From NCBI GenBank assembly GCA_964391995.1, contig CAYMOM010000001.1, positions 1 to 52,885 of the forward strand: a DNA stretch of 52,885 nt, in the 5' to 3' direction. The translations under genes were made by a program, and so were the position numbers. Each line of letters begins with the position of its first letter. Position 1 is the first letter of the stretch. Source of the stretch: an uncultured Faecalibacterium sp. Its GTDB lineage: Bacteria > Bacillota > Clostridia > Christensenellales > Aristaeellaceae. Shown here piece after piece: positions 27,038-36,233 of this stretch. The notes beneath the pieces are model-generated. The model saw only the letters and a program-made list of their open reading frames with translations, ran no database searches and had not been told where the DNA came from.

Positions 27038-28180
27038 TTACTTGCTTGTGATAAACAGGCTGCTCAGCGTGCCGTCCTCCGCGGCATGGAGGCGCAGCTG
27101 AACACCATTGAAATTGTAATAGTCGCTGATGCCCGGCGCCAGGCGGCCGGCCTCCGCCCTGTCCGCGTTCAGGGCAACGGAAGCATCCGGCTGGCCCAGC
27201 ACGGCCTGCCAGGCCTCCCGGGCGGTTTCGCCGGTGCACAGGCCATACAGGTTGATGCGATCCACCCTGATGCCCTGCACCACGCTGTTTTCCCAGCTGT
27301 CGGTCAGGCTGTCCGTCAGAAGGTACACATCGCGGAAAGCGCCGTCCTCCAGCTGGATCAGGCGTCCGCCCTCGTACAGGTCGGGGTCGATCAGCAGGCA
27401 ATAGGCGTCCACCGCCGCCTGAATGGAGCCGCCCAGCACTGCAGGGATGCCCGGCAGCGCGCCGCTTTCCGCAGCCGTGCGGATGCTTTGGGCGCTGGTT
27501 TCATCCAGGGTCAGCATGGCCTCTGCACCCATGCGCTGCAGCAGGCTGCCTTCCTCAAGGCGCAGATGCTCCCGCAGCTGGTACCACTGCACATTCACCT
27601 TGCCGGGCTTGTCCGACAGGGTGGAAAGCTGCTCCAGGGGATAGTACAGGGTCAGCCCGGCAGCATCCAGGGTGAACTGCTCCGGCAGTGGGGTCAGCTG
27701 GGCGTTGCGCAGGTGGGCGCTCAGTTCCGGTGCCAGCTCCCACTCCAGGTATTCCTCCAGGGCCAAGCGCGCCGCTTCCCCATCGGCAAACAGCTCATCC
27801 CAGGTGATGATATGCCCGTCCGTCATGTCCACACTGGCGGCAAACCAGGCCCGGGTGGCCCGGTCGCTTTCCACAGGTCCGGCAGCGCTGGTGACAACGC
27901 TCAGCACGTCCCCTGCCCAATTGCAGGCATAGTCCGCCTGCAGGGGTGATGGGCTGTGCATGGTCAGCGCCAGGCGGTTCAACATTTTCTCCGCACCGGA
28001 GGCAGCCAGCAGGGCAGCATTCACCGCCTGCTGCAGGGTTTCATCCTCCAGGCCCTCCACCTGGGGATAGTACACATACCCTTCGCCCAGGGTCAGTCCC
28101 TTGCGCTCCAGGCTTGGTTCTGCCAGGGCGCAGGGGAGGAGCATCGTCAGTATCAGCAACGAAAGCAAAAACTTCTTCAT
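27038..28180 (-). CDS. Hypothetical secreted protein (N-terminal region reminiscent of DUF4163/DUF3298 RsiV-like folds)
   Basis: ORF-track 27038..28330 trimmed to M51 (MKKFLLSLLILTMLLPCALAEP...), after SD GGAGGA. Ends 19 nt upstream of the ftsK start. Confidence 0.55.
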   Translation of the reverse strand: MKKFLLSLLILTMLLPCALAEPSLERKGLTLGEGYVYYPQVEGLEDETLQQAVNAALLAASGAEKMLNRLALTMHSPSPLQADYACNWAGDVLSVVTSAAGPVESDRATRAWFAASVDMTDGHIITWDELFADGEAARLALEEYLEWELAPELSAHLRNAQLTPLPEQFTLDAAGLTLYYPLEQLSTLSDKPGKVNVQWYQLREHLRLEEGSLLQRMGAEAMLTLDETSAQSIRTAAESGALPGIPAVLGGSIQAAVDAYCLLIDPDLYEGGRLIQLEDGAFRDVYLLTDSLTDSWENSVVQGIRVDRINLYGLCTGETAREAWQAVLGQPDASVALNADRAEAGRLAPGISDYYNFNGVQLRLHAAEDGTLSSLFITSK

Positions 28181-28319
28181 GCGGCATCCTCCAGGAAAGT
28201 ATTGTACAACAAATAACGATTCTCTGCAAGTTTTCCATCCCCCGGCGCTGGTTTTCTTGCAATCCCATTGATTTTCTATTATAATGAATGAAAGCGTTAT
28301 TCGCAAGGAGGTTGCCCCT

Positions 28320-29606
28320 ATGTCCGCCATGCACGAACATCACCTGCCCAATGGCATGACCCTGCTGTGCAGCCGTCAGCCTCACCTGCACGCCATGGAA
28401 TTCGGCCTGTATTTCAAGGGCGGAAGCCTGTATGAAAACAAGCAGAACCAGGGCGTGTGCCACCTGCTGGAGCACCTGTGCTTCCGCAGCCTTGGCGGGC
28501 TGGACGCCGAGGGACTGAACAGCCTGATGGCCCGCTTTGGTGCCGAGCTGGACGGTGCCACCTATCCTGAAGGCGTGGTGTTCCGCCTGAAGACCCACAC
28601 CCGCTTTTTCGATGAGGTGCTGGAGCTTTTCCTGCGCTTCTTTGCCGATGTACCCTGGACCCAGCAGCAGATTGATGCCGAAAAGCAGGTGGTTCTCCGC
28701 CAGCTGGAGCAGGAGGACTGCGACTTTGACGAGGAGGTCGCCCGGCGCTACCGCCGCACATCCGCCGGTGGATTCTCCCTGATGGGCACGGCACAGACTG
28801 TGCAGGGCATGAGCGCCGCCACCCTCCGCCGCTGGCAGCGGCTGCTGTTCCAGCCGCAAAACGCCTGCCTGTGCCTGACCGGAAACTTCTCCGATGGCAT
28901 GGAGCGGGCCCTGGTGGAGGCCTTTTCCGAGCTGGAGAACCATTTCGACCAGCCGCCCTTCGCCCAGGCTGTTCCCCTGGACTTTTGCATGCGGGACAGC
29001 CGCAGCGACCTGGTGCTGGACGAGGAAGGCGGCCTGGCCAAGGTGCACCTGGCCTTTGATTTGAACGAGGACCGGGTCTTCCCCCTGACGGGCGAGGTGC
29101 TGAACGCCTTCACCGCGGGAAACGGCGATTCCCTGCTTTTCCAGCAGCTGCGGGAGGAGGAGGCCCTGGTGGCGGAGATTGACTCCACCATGGAGGAAAT
29201 GGGCATGTTCCGCCGGCTGGTGATCCGCTATGATGTGCGCCAGGAGTGCCTGGCGGAAAGCCTGTGCCGGGTGTTTGAGCTTTTGCACCGGCTGTGCCTG
29301 TATGTGCGGCCTGTGCGCCTGACCCAGACCCGTATGCAGTTTACCGATAACCTGATTTTCTACCAGGATGATGCCTCCGGCATGAACGAGCTGCTGGGCT
29401 GGGCCTGGCTGGCGGATGATCTTTCCCGGACGGACCTGGATGCCCAGGCCCAGATGTATGACGACCTGACCTGTGAAGATCTGCTGGATGCCGCCCAGTC
29501 CGTTTTTCGCCCGGAAAACCTGACCATCTCCATCCAGCGTGATCCCGGGCAAACGCCCCGCTCCCTGAAACCCCTGCTGGCCCGGCTCCGCGCCATGCTG
29601 GGGTAA
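28320..29606 (+). CDS. M16-family (pitrilysin/insulinase-like) zinc peptidase
   Basis: ORF-track 28284..29606 trimmed to M13, after SD AAGGAGG with 7-nt spacing. Inverted zinc motif HLLEH (GVCHLLEHLCF). The -28041..29552 ORF is an antisense shadow. Confidence 0.8.
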   Translation: MSAMHEHHLPNGMTLLCSRQPHLHAMEFGLYFKGGSLYENKQNQGVCHLLEHLCFRSLGGLDAEGLNSLMARFGAELDGATYPEGVVFRLKTHTRFFDEVLELFLRFFADVPWTQQQIDAEKQVVLRQLEQEDCDFDEEVARRYRRTSAGGFSLMGTAQTVQGMSAATLRRWQRLLFQPQNACLCLTGNFSDGMERALVEAFSELENHFDQPPFAQAVPLDFCMRDSRSDLVLDEEGGLAKVHLAFDLNEDRVFPLTGEVLNAFTAGNGDSLLFQQLREEEALVAEIDSTMEEMGMFRRLVIRYDVRQECLAESLCRVFELLHRLCLYVRPVRLTQTRMQFTDNLIFYQDDASGMNELLGWAWLADDLSRTDLDAQAQMYDDLTCEDLLDAAQSVFRPENLTISIQRDPGQTPRSLKPLLARLRAMLG

Positions 29607-29654
29607 TGGGACACGGCGCTTTTTCCGTGATGTTGGTTTCAGCGAGGTTCATCC

Positions 29655-30356
29655 ATGCCAGAAAACATTTATGAAATTCTTTCCCTGGGCGCACGGTATT
29701 GGTTCACCTTTCTGGGTGCGCTGATCGTGTGGCGATCCTTCCGCTGGCTGCGGAAGGACCGCAAGGCCAAGCACATCCGCCTGAAAAACCTGCCCGATGC
29801 AGGGATGATTGGCGAAATGGTGGTGCTGCAGGGTTCCGACCAGCTGCCGGAGGGTACGCTGCTGCCCGTGCCCCGGGCCGGGGTGCTGGGGTATGTGCGC
29901 ACCTGCGATGTGGTGGTGCCGGTGGAGGGCGTTTCCCCCAGGCACCTGGATTTTGTGTTCCAGCCGGGCAAGGGGCTGCTGCTTTTCCCTTTCCGCGGTG
30001 CAGCCTGCGTGGCGGATGATGTGGAGCTGACCCACCGCAGCGCCGCCAGGAAATATTCCCTGGTGCACGGCTCCGTTTTGCAGGTGGGCCAGGCCGTATT
30101 GCGCCTGCGCCTGTTTGCCGGCCTGGACACGGAATACCGGGTTGCCCGGCCCTATGAGCCATCCTGCGCGCCCTATGAGCCGGAACAGCCGCCCGGGGAA
30201 TGGGAACAGCCCTGTCCGCCCCAGGAGCCGGCCTTCTGGGATGATCCGCCCCAGGAGCCGGAGCCAACCTTCTGGGATCAGCAGCCTGCCCAGGAGGATT
30301 CCTGGCTGAATCCACCCACTGCCGCAAGAAGGAGGCGCCGCCATGAGGAACCATGA
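29655..30356 (+). CDS. Membrane-anchored FHA-domain protein
   Basis: ORF track. N-terminal TM YWFTFLGALIVW. FHA core GYVRTCDVVVPVEGVSPRHLDF...LVHGSVLQVG. P/E/Q-rich tail. Sits upstream of ftsW-PBP2. Confidence 0.75.
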   Translation: MPENIYEILSLGARYWFTFLGALIVWRSFRWLRKDRKAKHIRLKNLPDAGMIGEMVVLQGSDQLPEGTLLPVPRAGVLGYVRTCDVVVPVEGVSPRHLDFVFQPGKGLLLFPFRGAACVADDVELTHRSAARKYSLVHGSVLQVGQAVLRLRLFAGLDTEYRVARPYEPSCAPYEPEQPPGEWEQPCPPQEPAFWDDPPQEPEPTFWDQQPAQEDSWLNPPTAARRRRRHEEP

Positions 30357-31596
30357 TACGCCCCGGCGCGATCCTGCACGGCTGCTGGCCCGCACGGTGA
30401 TGCTGTTCTTCTTCTGCGCGTTTTTCCTGCTGTTTTTGAAGGATTTCGCCTGGCAGGCCGCCGCGCTGGCCCTGGGCGTTCCGGCGGTGATCTGGCTGGG
30501 CACCAATTTGCTGCCCAGGCTTTTCCCCACGGACAAGCTGCTGCTGAGCCTGACCAATTTCCTCTGCGCCCTGGGCGTGCTGGTGCTGTATGCCACCAAC
30601 CCGGCCTATGCCTATCAGCAGGCGCTGTACTATGGCGTAGGCCTGTTTGCCATGGTATTCTGCATTTACCTTGTGCGCATCATCAGGCACTGGCGGCTGC
30701 CCGTGCTGCTGCTGATGCCCGTCTCCCTGGCGCTGCTGGCGCTGCCCCTGGTGATTGGCAAAGAAACCAACGGTGCAAAAAACTGGTTTTATGTGGGCAG
30801 CCTGTCCGTTCAGCCCAGCGAGATTGTCAAGCTGTCCCTTTTGCTGATCCTCAGCTATTTCATGGGCCGGCGGAAGCTGCTGCCCTGGCTGATTTTCTCA
30901 GTGGGCTGCCTGGGGCTTCTGATGTTGCAGAAGGACCTGGGCACGGCGCTGATGTACTACGGCGTGACCCTGATGCTGTTCTACGCCTCCTCCGGCAACC
31001 TGGCGCTGACAGGCCTTGGCCTGGCTGGCGGCGCAGGCGCTGCGGTGATGGGCTACAAGCTCTTTGCCCATGTGAAACGCCGGGTTGCCATCTGGCAAAA
31101 CCCCTGGAGCGACTATGACAACGCCGGCTACCAGCTGGTGCAAAGCCTGATGGCCATTGCCAGCGGCGGCCTGTTTGGCGTGGGTTTGGGGCTGGGGTAC
31201 CCCCGCACCATTCCCGTTTATCATACGGATTTCATTTTCGCCGTCATCTGCGAGCAGTTCGGCGTGATCTTCGGCCTGTGCGTGCTGCTGGTGTATGTGG
31301 CTATCATCTGGCGCGGCGCCACCACCGCCATGGCGGCCCGCACCAGCTTTCACGGCCTGCTGGCCATGGGCGCCACCCTGCTGCTGGGCTTGCAGACCTT
31401 TGTCATCATTGGCGGGGTAATCAAGCTCATTCCCCTCACCGGCGTCACCATGCCCTTTGTCAGCTATGGCGGCACGTCCCTGGTGTCCAGCATGTGCCTG
31501 ATTGGCCTGGTGCAGGGCGTTGCCAGCCTGAACGAGGACGACCTGGACGAGGACACCCGCCTGGCCATGCTGGGCAGCGAGGAGGCATGCCCATGA
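30343..31596 (+). CDS. SEDS-family peptidoglycan glycosyltransferase FtsW/RodA/SpoVE
   Basis: ORF track. SD AGAAGGAGG. Polytopic membrane protein. Family strings NGAKNWF, QPSEIVKL, DFIFAVICEQFG, PLTGVTMPFVSYGGTS. Confidence 0.9.
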   Translation: MRNHDTPRRDPARLLARTVMLFFFCAFFLLFLKDFAWQAAALALGVPAVIWLGTNLLPRLFPTDKLLLSLTNFLCALGVLVLYATNPAYAYQQALYYGVGLFAMVFCIYLVRIIRHWRLPVLLLMPVSLALLALPLVIGKETNGAKNWFYVGSLSVQPSEIVKLSLLLILSYFMGRRKLLPWLIFSVGCLGLLMLQKDLGTALMYYGVTLMLFYASSGNLALTGLGLAGGAGAAVMGYKLFAHVKRRVAIWQNPWSDYDNAGYQLVQSLMAIASGGLFGVGLGLGYPRTIPVYHTDFIFAVICEQFGVIFGLCVLLVYVAIIWRGATTAMAARTSFHGLLAMGATLLLGLQTFVIIGGVIKLIPLTGVTMPFVSYGGTSLVSSMCLIGLVQGVASLNEDDLDEDTRLAMLGSEEACP

Positions 31597-33017
31597 AGCA
31601 GCAGCGCTACCTGTTCAAAATGCTGGCACTGATCATGTTTGGCCTGTTCCTTCTGCTGGCAGTCTATGGCGCGTACAGCATCTTCACCTATGGCAACAGG
31701 TGGTTTTCCTTCAGCCGGAACCCCCGGGTCCGTGCCCAGAAGCAAACCGTCATCGCCGGCGATATTCTCGACAGGAATGGTGTGGTGCTGGCCACCACAG
31801 TGGACGGGAAGCGAGTCTACCAGGAGGACGAAAGCGCCCGCCGGGCCGTGGTTCACCTGCTGGGGGACAGCCAGGGCCAGGTTTCCAACGGTGTGGAAAC
31901 CTTCCAGACCCGCTACCTGTACGGTTTTGAAACCTCCCTTGGCGAGCGCATTGGCGCACTGCTGGCAGGGGAAACCCGCCGCGGCGATAACGTGACCCTA
32001 ACCATCGACAGCCGGCTGTGCACAGCCATCGCCCAGTCCTTCGAGCAATACCCCAAAACCCAGGGCAAAAAGGGCGCCGCTGTGGTGATGAACTACCAAA
32101 CCGGCGAGCTGATTGCCCAGATCAGCCTGCCCAGCTTTGACCCTATGAACATCACCGCCGCCACCGCTGCCGACCCGGGCCAGCCCTTCTGGAACAGGGC
32201 TACCCAGTCCCTTTACCCGCCGGGCAGCTCCTTCAAAATCATCACCGCCTCCTCCGCCCTGGAGAATATCCCCGGCGTGGAGGAGGACAGCTTCACCTGC
32301 ACCGGCGGCCTGGTGGTGCTGGGCCAGGCCATCCGGGATTACGGCGGCGCCATTCACCAGAGCCTGACCCTGCAGGAGGCCTTCAAAAAAAGCTGCAACA
32401 ATGTGTTTTCCCTCACCGCGCTGAACCTGGGTGACGAAAACCTGCGCCGCACGGCGGAGAGCTTTGGCTTTAACGATAATTTCCTTTTCCGCGACCTGGT
32501 GGTGGAAAACAGTTCCTATCCCACGGACAACCGTTCCCTGTTCGAGTTGGCTACAACGGGCATTGGTCAAAGCGCCCTGGGCGCCACGCCCATGCATATG
32601 TGCATGGTGGCTGCCGCCATTGCCAACGATGGCGTGATGATGGAGCCGCGCCTGCTGATGCAGGTCAGCAGCCCGGCAGGCAGCGTTCGCACCGCCTATC
32701 AGCCCAAGGTTTACCGCACCGCCGTCACACCCCAGGTTGCCGCCACCCTGCAGGCCTACATGGGCGATGTGGTTGTTTCCGGCACGGGCACCAGGGCAGC
32801 AGTAGACGGCCTGACCATCTGCGGCAAAACCGGCTCAGCTGAAAGCAGCCTGTCCGGCAACGCGGTTACCTACGGCTGGTTCGTAGGCTATATTGCCGAT
32901 AGCAGCCTGCCCTATGCCGTCAGCGTCCTGGTGGAATCCATCGAGGATGGCGAAGGCGGCGGCAGCACCGCAGCCCCCATCGCCCACGACATCTTTCAAT
33001 ACCTGAAAAACCAGTAA
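31593..33017 (+). CDS. Penicillin-binding protein 2 (class B transpeptidase)
   Basis: ORF-track 31278..33017 trimmed to M106 (MKQQRYLFKMLALIMFGL...). ATGA overlap with the ftsW stop, 8 nt after GAGGAGG. SxxK = SSFK, SxN = SCN, KTG = GKTGSAE. Confidence 0.9.
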   Translation: MKQQRYLFKMLALIMFGLFLLLAVYGAYSIFTYGNRWFSFSRNPRVRAQKQTVIAGDILDRNGVVLATTVDGKRVYQEDESARRAVVHLLGDSQGQVSNGVETFQTRYLYGFETSLGERIGALLAGETRRGDNVTLTIDSRLCTAIAQSFEQYPKTQGKKGAAVVMNYQTGELIAQISLPSFDPMNITAATAADPGQPFWNRATQSLYPPGSSFKIITASSALENIPGVEEDSFTCTGGLVVLGQAIRDYGGAIHQSLTLQEAFKKSCNNVFSLTALNLGDENLRRTAESFGFNDNFLFRDLVVENSSYPTDNRSLFELATTGIGQSALGATPMHMCMVAAAIANDGVMMEPRLLMQVSSPAGSVRTAYQPKVYRTAVTPQVAATLQAYMGDVVVSGTGTRAAVDGLTICGKTGSAESSLSGNAVTYGWFVGYIADSSLPYAVSVLVESIEDGEGGGSTAAPIAHDIFQYLKNQ

Positions 33018-33022
33018 CGCCG

Positions 33023-33162
33023 TCAGAGGGCGCTGCCCTCTGGACTCCCGCTTAAGGGATTTCATCCCTTAAGAATTCCAGGCTTGTGGATTGGAACTTG
33101 GGCGGTTCCCTTGCAGGGGTCACGGCGCACGGAGGGTGCGCCGCGACGCGGGGCAGCAGCGG
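33023..33162 (+). repeat. Modular intergenic hairpin repeat, copy 5 (A-B-C on plus strand)
   Basis: A module: TCAGAGGGC-GCT-GCCCTCTGG 33023..33043, 5 nt after the PBP2 TAA. B module: CTTAAGGGAT-TTC-ATCCCTTAAG 33051..33073. C module: GTCACGGCGCAC-ggagg-GTGCGCCGCGAC 33118..33146. Confidence 0.85.
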
Positions 33163-33173
33163 TTCGCTTCAAC

Positions 33174-33213
33174 AAAAAAGTCCGCTTTCCGTATGGAGAG
33201 CGGATCATTTTTT
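33174..33213. terminator. Bidirectional rho-independent terminator between PBP2 and metI
   Basis: AAAAAAG-TCCGCTTTCC-gtat-GGAGAGCGGA-tcaTTTTTT (10-bp stem including one G.T). Confidence 0.8.
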
Positions 33214-33248
33214 ATAAAGCTCATGCTGTACCACAGGCGCAGCTCACC

Positions 33249-33371
33249 TGCGTCGCGGCGCCCCTTTGCGCGCCGTGACCCACGCTTGGCTGTAACCCAG
33301 TCGGGCTGTCCCGCCCGGGATTCTTAAGGGTCTTTCGGCCCTTAAGCGGGGTCCAGGGGCAGCGCCCCTGG
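33249..33371 (-). repeat. Modular intergenic hairpin repeat, copy 6 (C-B-A on plus strand)
   Basis: C module: GTCGCGGCGC-ccctttgc-GCGCCGTGAC about 33252..33279. B module: CTTAAGGGTC-TTTC-GGCCCTTAAG 33323..33346. A module: CCAGGGGC-AGC-GCCCCTGG 33353..33371, abutting the metI stop (33372..33374). Confidence 0.85.
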
Positions 33372-34079
33372 CTAGTTTTTCAGGCGCTTGTCACATTTGG
33401 TGGCCAGTTTGGTGCCAATGGACTGGAAGAACTGTACCAGGATCACCAGGACAATCACCGCCAGGTACAGCACGGCGTACTTGTAGCGGTTGTAGCCGAT
33501 CATGATGGCAATCTTGCCCAGGCCGCCGCCGCCGATGGCGCCACTCATGGCGGTATAACCCATGATGGTGGTAATGGCCAGGGTGAAGTTGTTGATCAGG
33601 GACGGCACGCTTTCCGGCAGCATCACATGCAGAAGAATTTGCATGGGTGTGGCGCCCATGGACTGGGCCGTTTCGATAATGTTCGGGTTAATCTCCCGCA
33701 GGCTGCTTTCCACCAGGCGCGCCACAAAGGGAAAGGCTGCCACCACCAGCGGCACAATGGAGGCCACCGTGCCCACCGAGGTGCCCACAAGGGCCCGAGT
33801 CAGCGGAATGACCATGACAATCAGGATCAGAAAAGGAATGGAGCGCAGCAGGTTGATGATCACATTCAGTGTTTTCATCAGCCACTTGGGCAGGGGGCGC
33901 ACGCCCTTCTCCTCACCCGCCACCAGAACCATGCCCAGGGGCAGGCCGATCAGAATGGCGAACAGGGTGGAAATCAGGGTTACATACAGGGTGTCCCACA
34001 GGGCCAGGGGAAAATCGCTGCAGAAAATTTCCCACGCTTCCTGGAGTTTTTCCGGGGTAAAAGCGTTTTGCAGGTTCAT
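33372..34079 (-). CDS. metI: Methionine ABC transporter permease
   Basis: ORF track. Five-TM MetI-type permease. Coupling-helix region ETAQSMGATPMQILLHVMLPES. Confidence 0.9.
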   Translation of the reverse strand: MNLQNAFTPEKLQEAWEIFCSDFPLALWDTLYVTLISTLFAILIGLPLGMVLVAGEEKGVRPLPKWLMKTLNVIINLLRSIPFLILIVMVIPLTRALVGTSVGTVASIVPLVVAAFPFVARLVESSLREINPNIIETAQSMGATPMQILLHVMLPESVPSLINNFTLAITTIMGYTAMSGAIGGGGLGKIAIMIGYNRYKYAVLYLAVIVLVILVQFFQSIGTKLATKCDKRLKN

Positions 34080-35105
34080 TTACTGCACCTCCTTGGCTGC
34101 GTAGTCCACTTCAACAGAAACCGTCACATCCGGGGTTTCGCGGAGGAAGTTCACCGCCCGGGCCAGCTCGTCCGGGCCGCCGGGAATCTCCAGCAGGATG
34201 TACCCATACGCCCTGTCGCCCACGGAGCGGGTGGAAGCGCCCAGAATGCTGGCTGCAACGCCCACCTCCATGGCCATGCGGGCAATCAGCGGCTCCCGGG
34301 CGGCACGGCTGCCGTTGAAAATAATCCGCACACGCTGGCCATGCACATCGCTGATGGCAGCACTGTCCGCCATTTCGGGGTAGACCAGGTTCCGGGTGGC
34401 CTCCGCCTTGGGGTTGGCAAACACCTGGGCCACCTCGCCTTCCTCCACCACGGCGCCGTGCTCCAGGATGGCAACCCGGCTGCAAATCTCCTGCACCACG
34501 CTCATCTGGTGGGTGATGACGATCACGGTAATGCCCAGCTTTTCGTTGATGTCCCGGATTAACTCCAGAATCTGGTGGGTGGTTTTGGGGTCAAGGGCAC
34601 TGGTGGCCTCATCGCACAGCAGCACCTGGGGGTCGGTGGCCAGGGCGCGGGCAATGGCCACACGCTGCTGCTGGCCCCCGGAAAGCTGAGCGGGATAGGC
34701 ATTGGCCTTGTCCGGCAGGCCCACCAGGGCCAGCAGCTCCCTGCCGCGCTTTTCCGCCTCGGCCTTGGGCACGCCGGACAGCTTCAGGGGAAGAATCACA
34801 TTCTTCAGGCAGGTGCGCTGCATCAGCAGGTTGAAGCCCTGGAAGATCATCGTCACCTTGTGGCGCACGTCCCGCAGCTGCTTTTTGTTCAGGCTGCCCA
34901 GGTCCCGGCCATCCAGCAGGATGTTCCCCTCCGTGGGGCGCTCCAGCATGTTGATGCAGCGTACCAGCGTGCTCTTGCCGGCGCCACTCATGCCAATAAT
35001 GCCATAAATGTCCCCGTCATTGATGGTCAGGTTCACGTTTTTCAGCGCGTCCACCGGGCCGTCGGATGTGACAAAGCTCTTGGACAGGTTGCGAATCTCA
35101 ATCAT
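34080..35105 (-). CDS. metN: Methionine ABC transporter ATP-binding protein
   Basis: ORF track. Walker A GMSGAGKST, signature LSGGQQQR, Walker B LLCDEATSALD, C-terminal NIL/ACT-like domain. Confidence 0.95.
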   Translation of the reverse strand: MIEIRNLSKSFVTSDGPVDALKNVNLTINDGDIYGIIGMSGAGKSTLVRCINMLERPTEGNILLDGRDLGSLNKKQLRDVRHKVTMIFQGFNLLMQRTCLKNVILPLKLSGVPKAEAEKRGRELLALVGLPDKANAYPAQLSGGQQQRVAIARALATDPQVLLCDEATSALDPKTTHQILELIRDINEKLGITVIVITHQMSVVQEICSRVAILEHGAVVEEGEVAQVFANPKAEATRNLVYPEMADSAAISDVHGQRVRIIFNGSRAAREPLIARMAMEVGVAASILGASTRSVGDRAYGYILLEIPGGPDELARAVNFLRETPDVTVSVEVDYAAKEVQ

Positions 35106-35129
35106 CGGGTGCTCCTCCGTACACGCAAA

Positions 35130-35167
35130 GGCACACCGGCCTCCCGCAAAGGGACAGCCGGTGTGCC
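35130..35167 (-). other. Strong intra-operon stem-loop between metQ and metN
   Basis: Minus strand: GGCACACCGGC-(16 nt)-GCCGGTGTGCC followed by TTTGCGTGT. Probably sets the binding-protein to permease/ATPase transcript ratio. Confidence 0.55.
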
Positions 35168-35178
35168 CGCATTGGTCA

Positions 35179-36021
35179 TTACTCCACGGTCAGGGCAGTC
35201 AGGTCAGCCTGCTTGCCGCCGTACAGGCCCATGGGCTCCACGTGGATGGGGGCCACCACAACGATGCTGGTGCCGTTTTCCGCGTTGAAGTTCTCCTGAT
35301 AGGGGATATGAGCGAAGTAGTTGGCAAACACTTCGCCACTCTCCACCACCATGTTAGGCTGCACATAATCGGAGAATTCAATCACTTCCAGCTTCACGTC
35401 CTTCTCAGCCAGGATTTCAGCAGCCACGGCCAGAATCTGGGCATGGGGGGTAGGAGAAGCAGCTACGGTAATGGTTTTGCCGGCCAGAGCAGCGTAATCA
35501 ACGGTGGCGTCGAAGCCATCGGTAGGCTCAGCCACAACAGACACGGCAGCACCATTGTAGGTTTCGGCAATGTAGTCGGCAACCTTCTGGCTGTTCAGGG
35601 CGGCAGCCAGGGCCTTGGCCTCGGGGGATTCCTCGTTGCCGGCCTTCACGCACAGCACGTTGGAGTAGGGGGAATCAGCGCTCTCGATTACCAGAGAATC
35701 CTTCACGGGATTCAGGCCAGCGTCCAGAGCGAAGTTGTTGTTGATGATGGCGTAGTCCACGTCTGCCAGCACATTGGGCACCATAGCGGCTTCCACCTCA
35801 TAGAACTGGATGTTCAGGGGATTTTCAACAACATCGGCAGCAGTGGCGGTAACGCCAGCATCGGGGTTCAGCTTCAGGTAGCCATTGGCCTCCAGCAGCA
35901 GCAGGGCGCGGCCCTCGTTGGTGGGGTCGTTGGGCACGGCGATGGTCAGGCCATCGGCCAGGGCGGAAACGCAGGACAGAACCAGCAGGGCAGCCAGGAT
36001 CACGGACAGGAACTTCTTCAT
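35179..36021 (-). CDS. metQ: Methionine-binding lipoprotein MetQ/NlpA family, apparently circularly permuted
   Basis: ORF-track 35179..36072 (TTG) trimmed to ATG 36021 (MKKFLSVILAALLVLSCVSALADG...), after SD GAAGGAGAG. Lipobox LVLSC. VPNDPTNEGRALLLLE...SPYSNVLCVK...YNGAAVSVV comes first and ASPTPHAQIL...EFSDYVQPN...ANYFAHIPYQ...IHVEPMGLYG comes last, the reverse of canonical MetQ. Confidence 0.85.
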   Translation of the reverse strand: MKKFLSVILAALLVLSCVSALADGLTIAVPNDPTNEGRALLLLEANGYLKLNPDAGVTATAADVVENPLNIQFYEVEAAMVPNVLADVDYAIINNNFALDAGLNPVKDSLVIESADSPYSNVLCVKAGNEESPEAKALAAALNSQKVADYIAETYNGAAVSVVAEPTDGFDATVDYAALAGKTITVAASPTPHAQILAVAAEILAEKDVKLEVIEFSDYVQPNMVVESGEVFANYFAHIPYQENFNAENGTSIVVVAPIHVEPMGLYGGKQADLTALTVE

Positions 36022-36034
36022 AGCAATCTCTCCT

Positions 36035-36133
36035 TCATAAATTCGTTGCAGTGGGTGTTGGGCGGCAGGCAATGCATCGCATTCGTCTGCTTTCCCGGTT
36101 GGTTTGAACCAATCGTTTTGCTGCTCCGTTCAT
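36035..36133 (-). CDS. Candidate upstream small ORF 2 (32 codons) ending inside the metQ SD
   Basis: Own translation: SD AAAGGAG, 8 nt, ATG 36133; MNGAAKRLVQTNRESRRMRCIACRPTPTATNL; TGA 36037..36035 lies within TTTATGAAGGAGAG. Below the ORF-track size cutoff. Confidence 0.25.
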   Translation of the reverse strand: MNGAAKRLVQTNRESRRMRCIACRPTPTATNL

Positions 36134-36166
36134 GGGATGAGCTCCTTTCACGCCAGGATTTGGGAT

Positions 36167-36201
36167 AAAAAGAAGGGGAGCCTCCGATGAAGCTCCCCTT
36201 C
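36167..36201 (-). terminator. Intrinsic terminator / candidate attenuator in the metQNI leader
   Basis: Minus strand: GAAGGGGAGC (36201..36192), ttcatcggag, GCTCCCCTTC (36181..36172), TTTTTAT. Starts 32 nt after the stop of the Met-rich ORF. Confidence 0.7.
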
Positions 36202-36233
36202 TCATCCGGATGCAGCCTGCACCGTGGTGCGGC

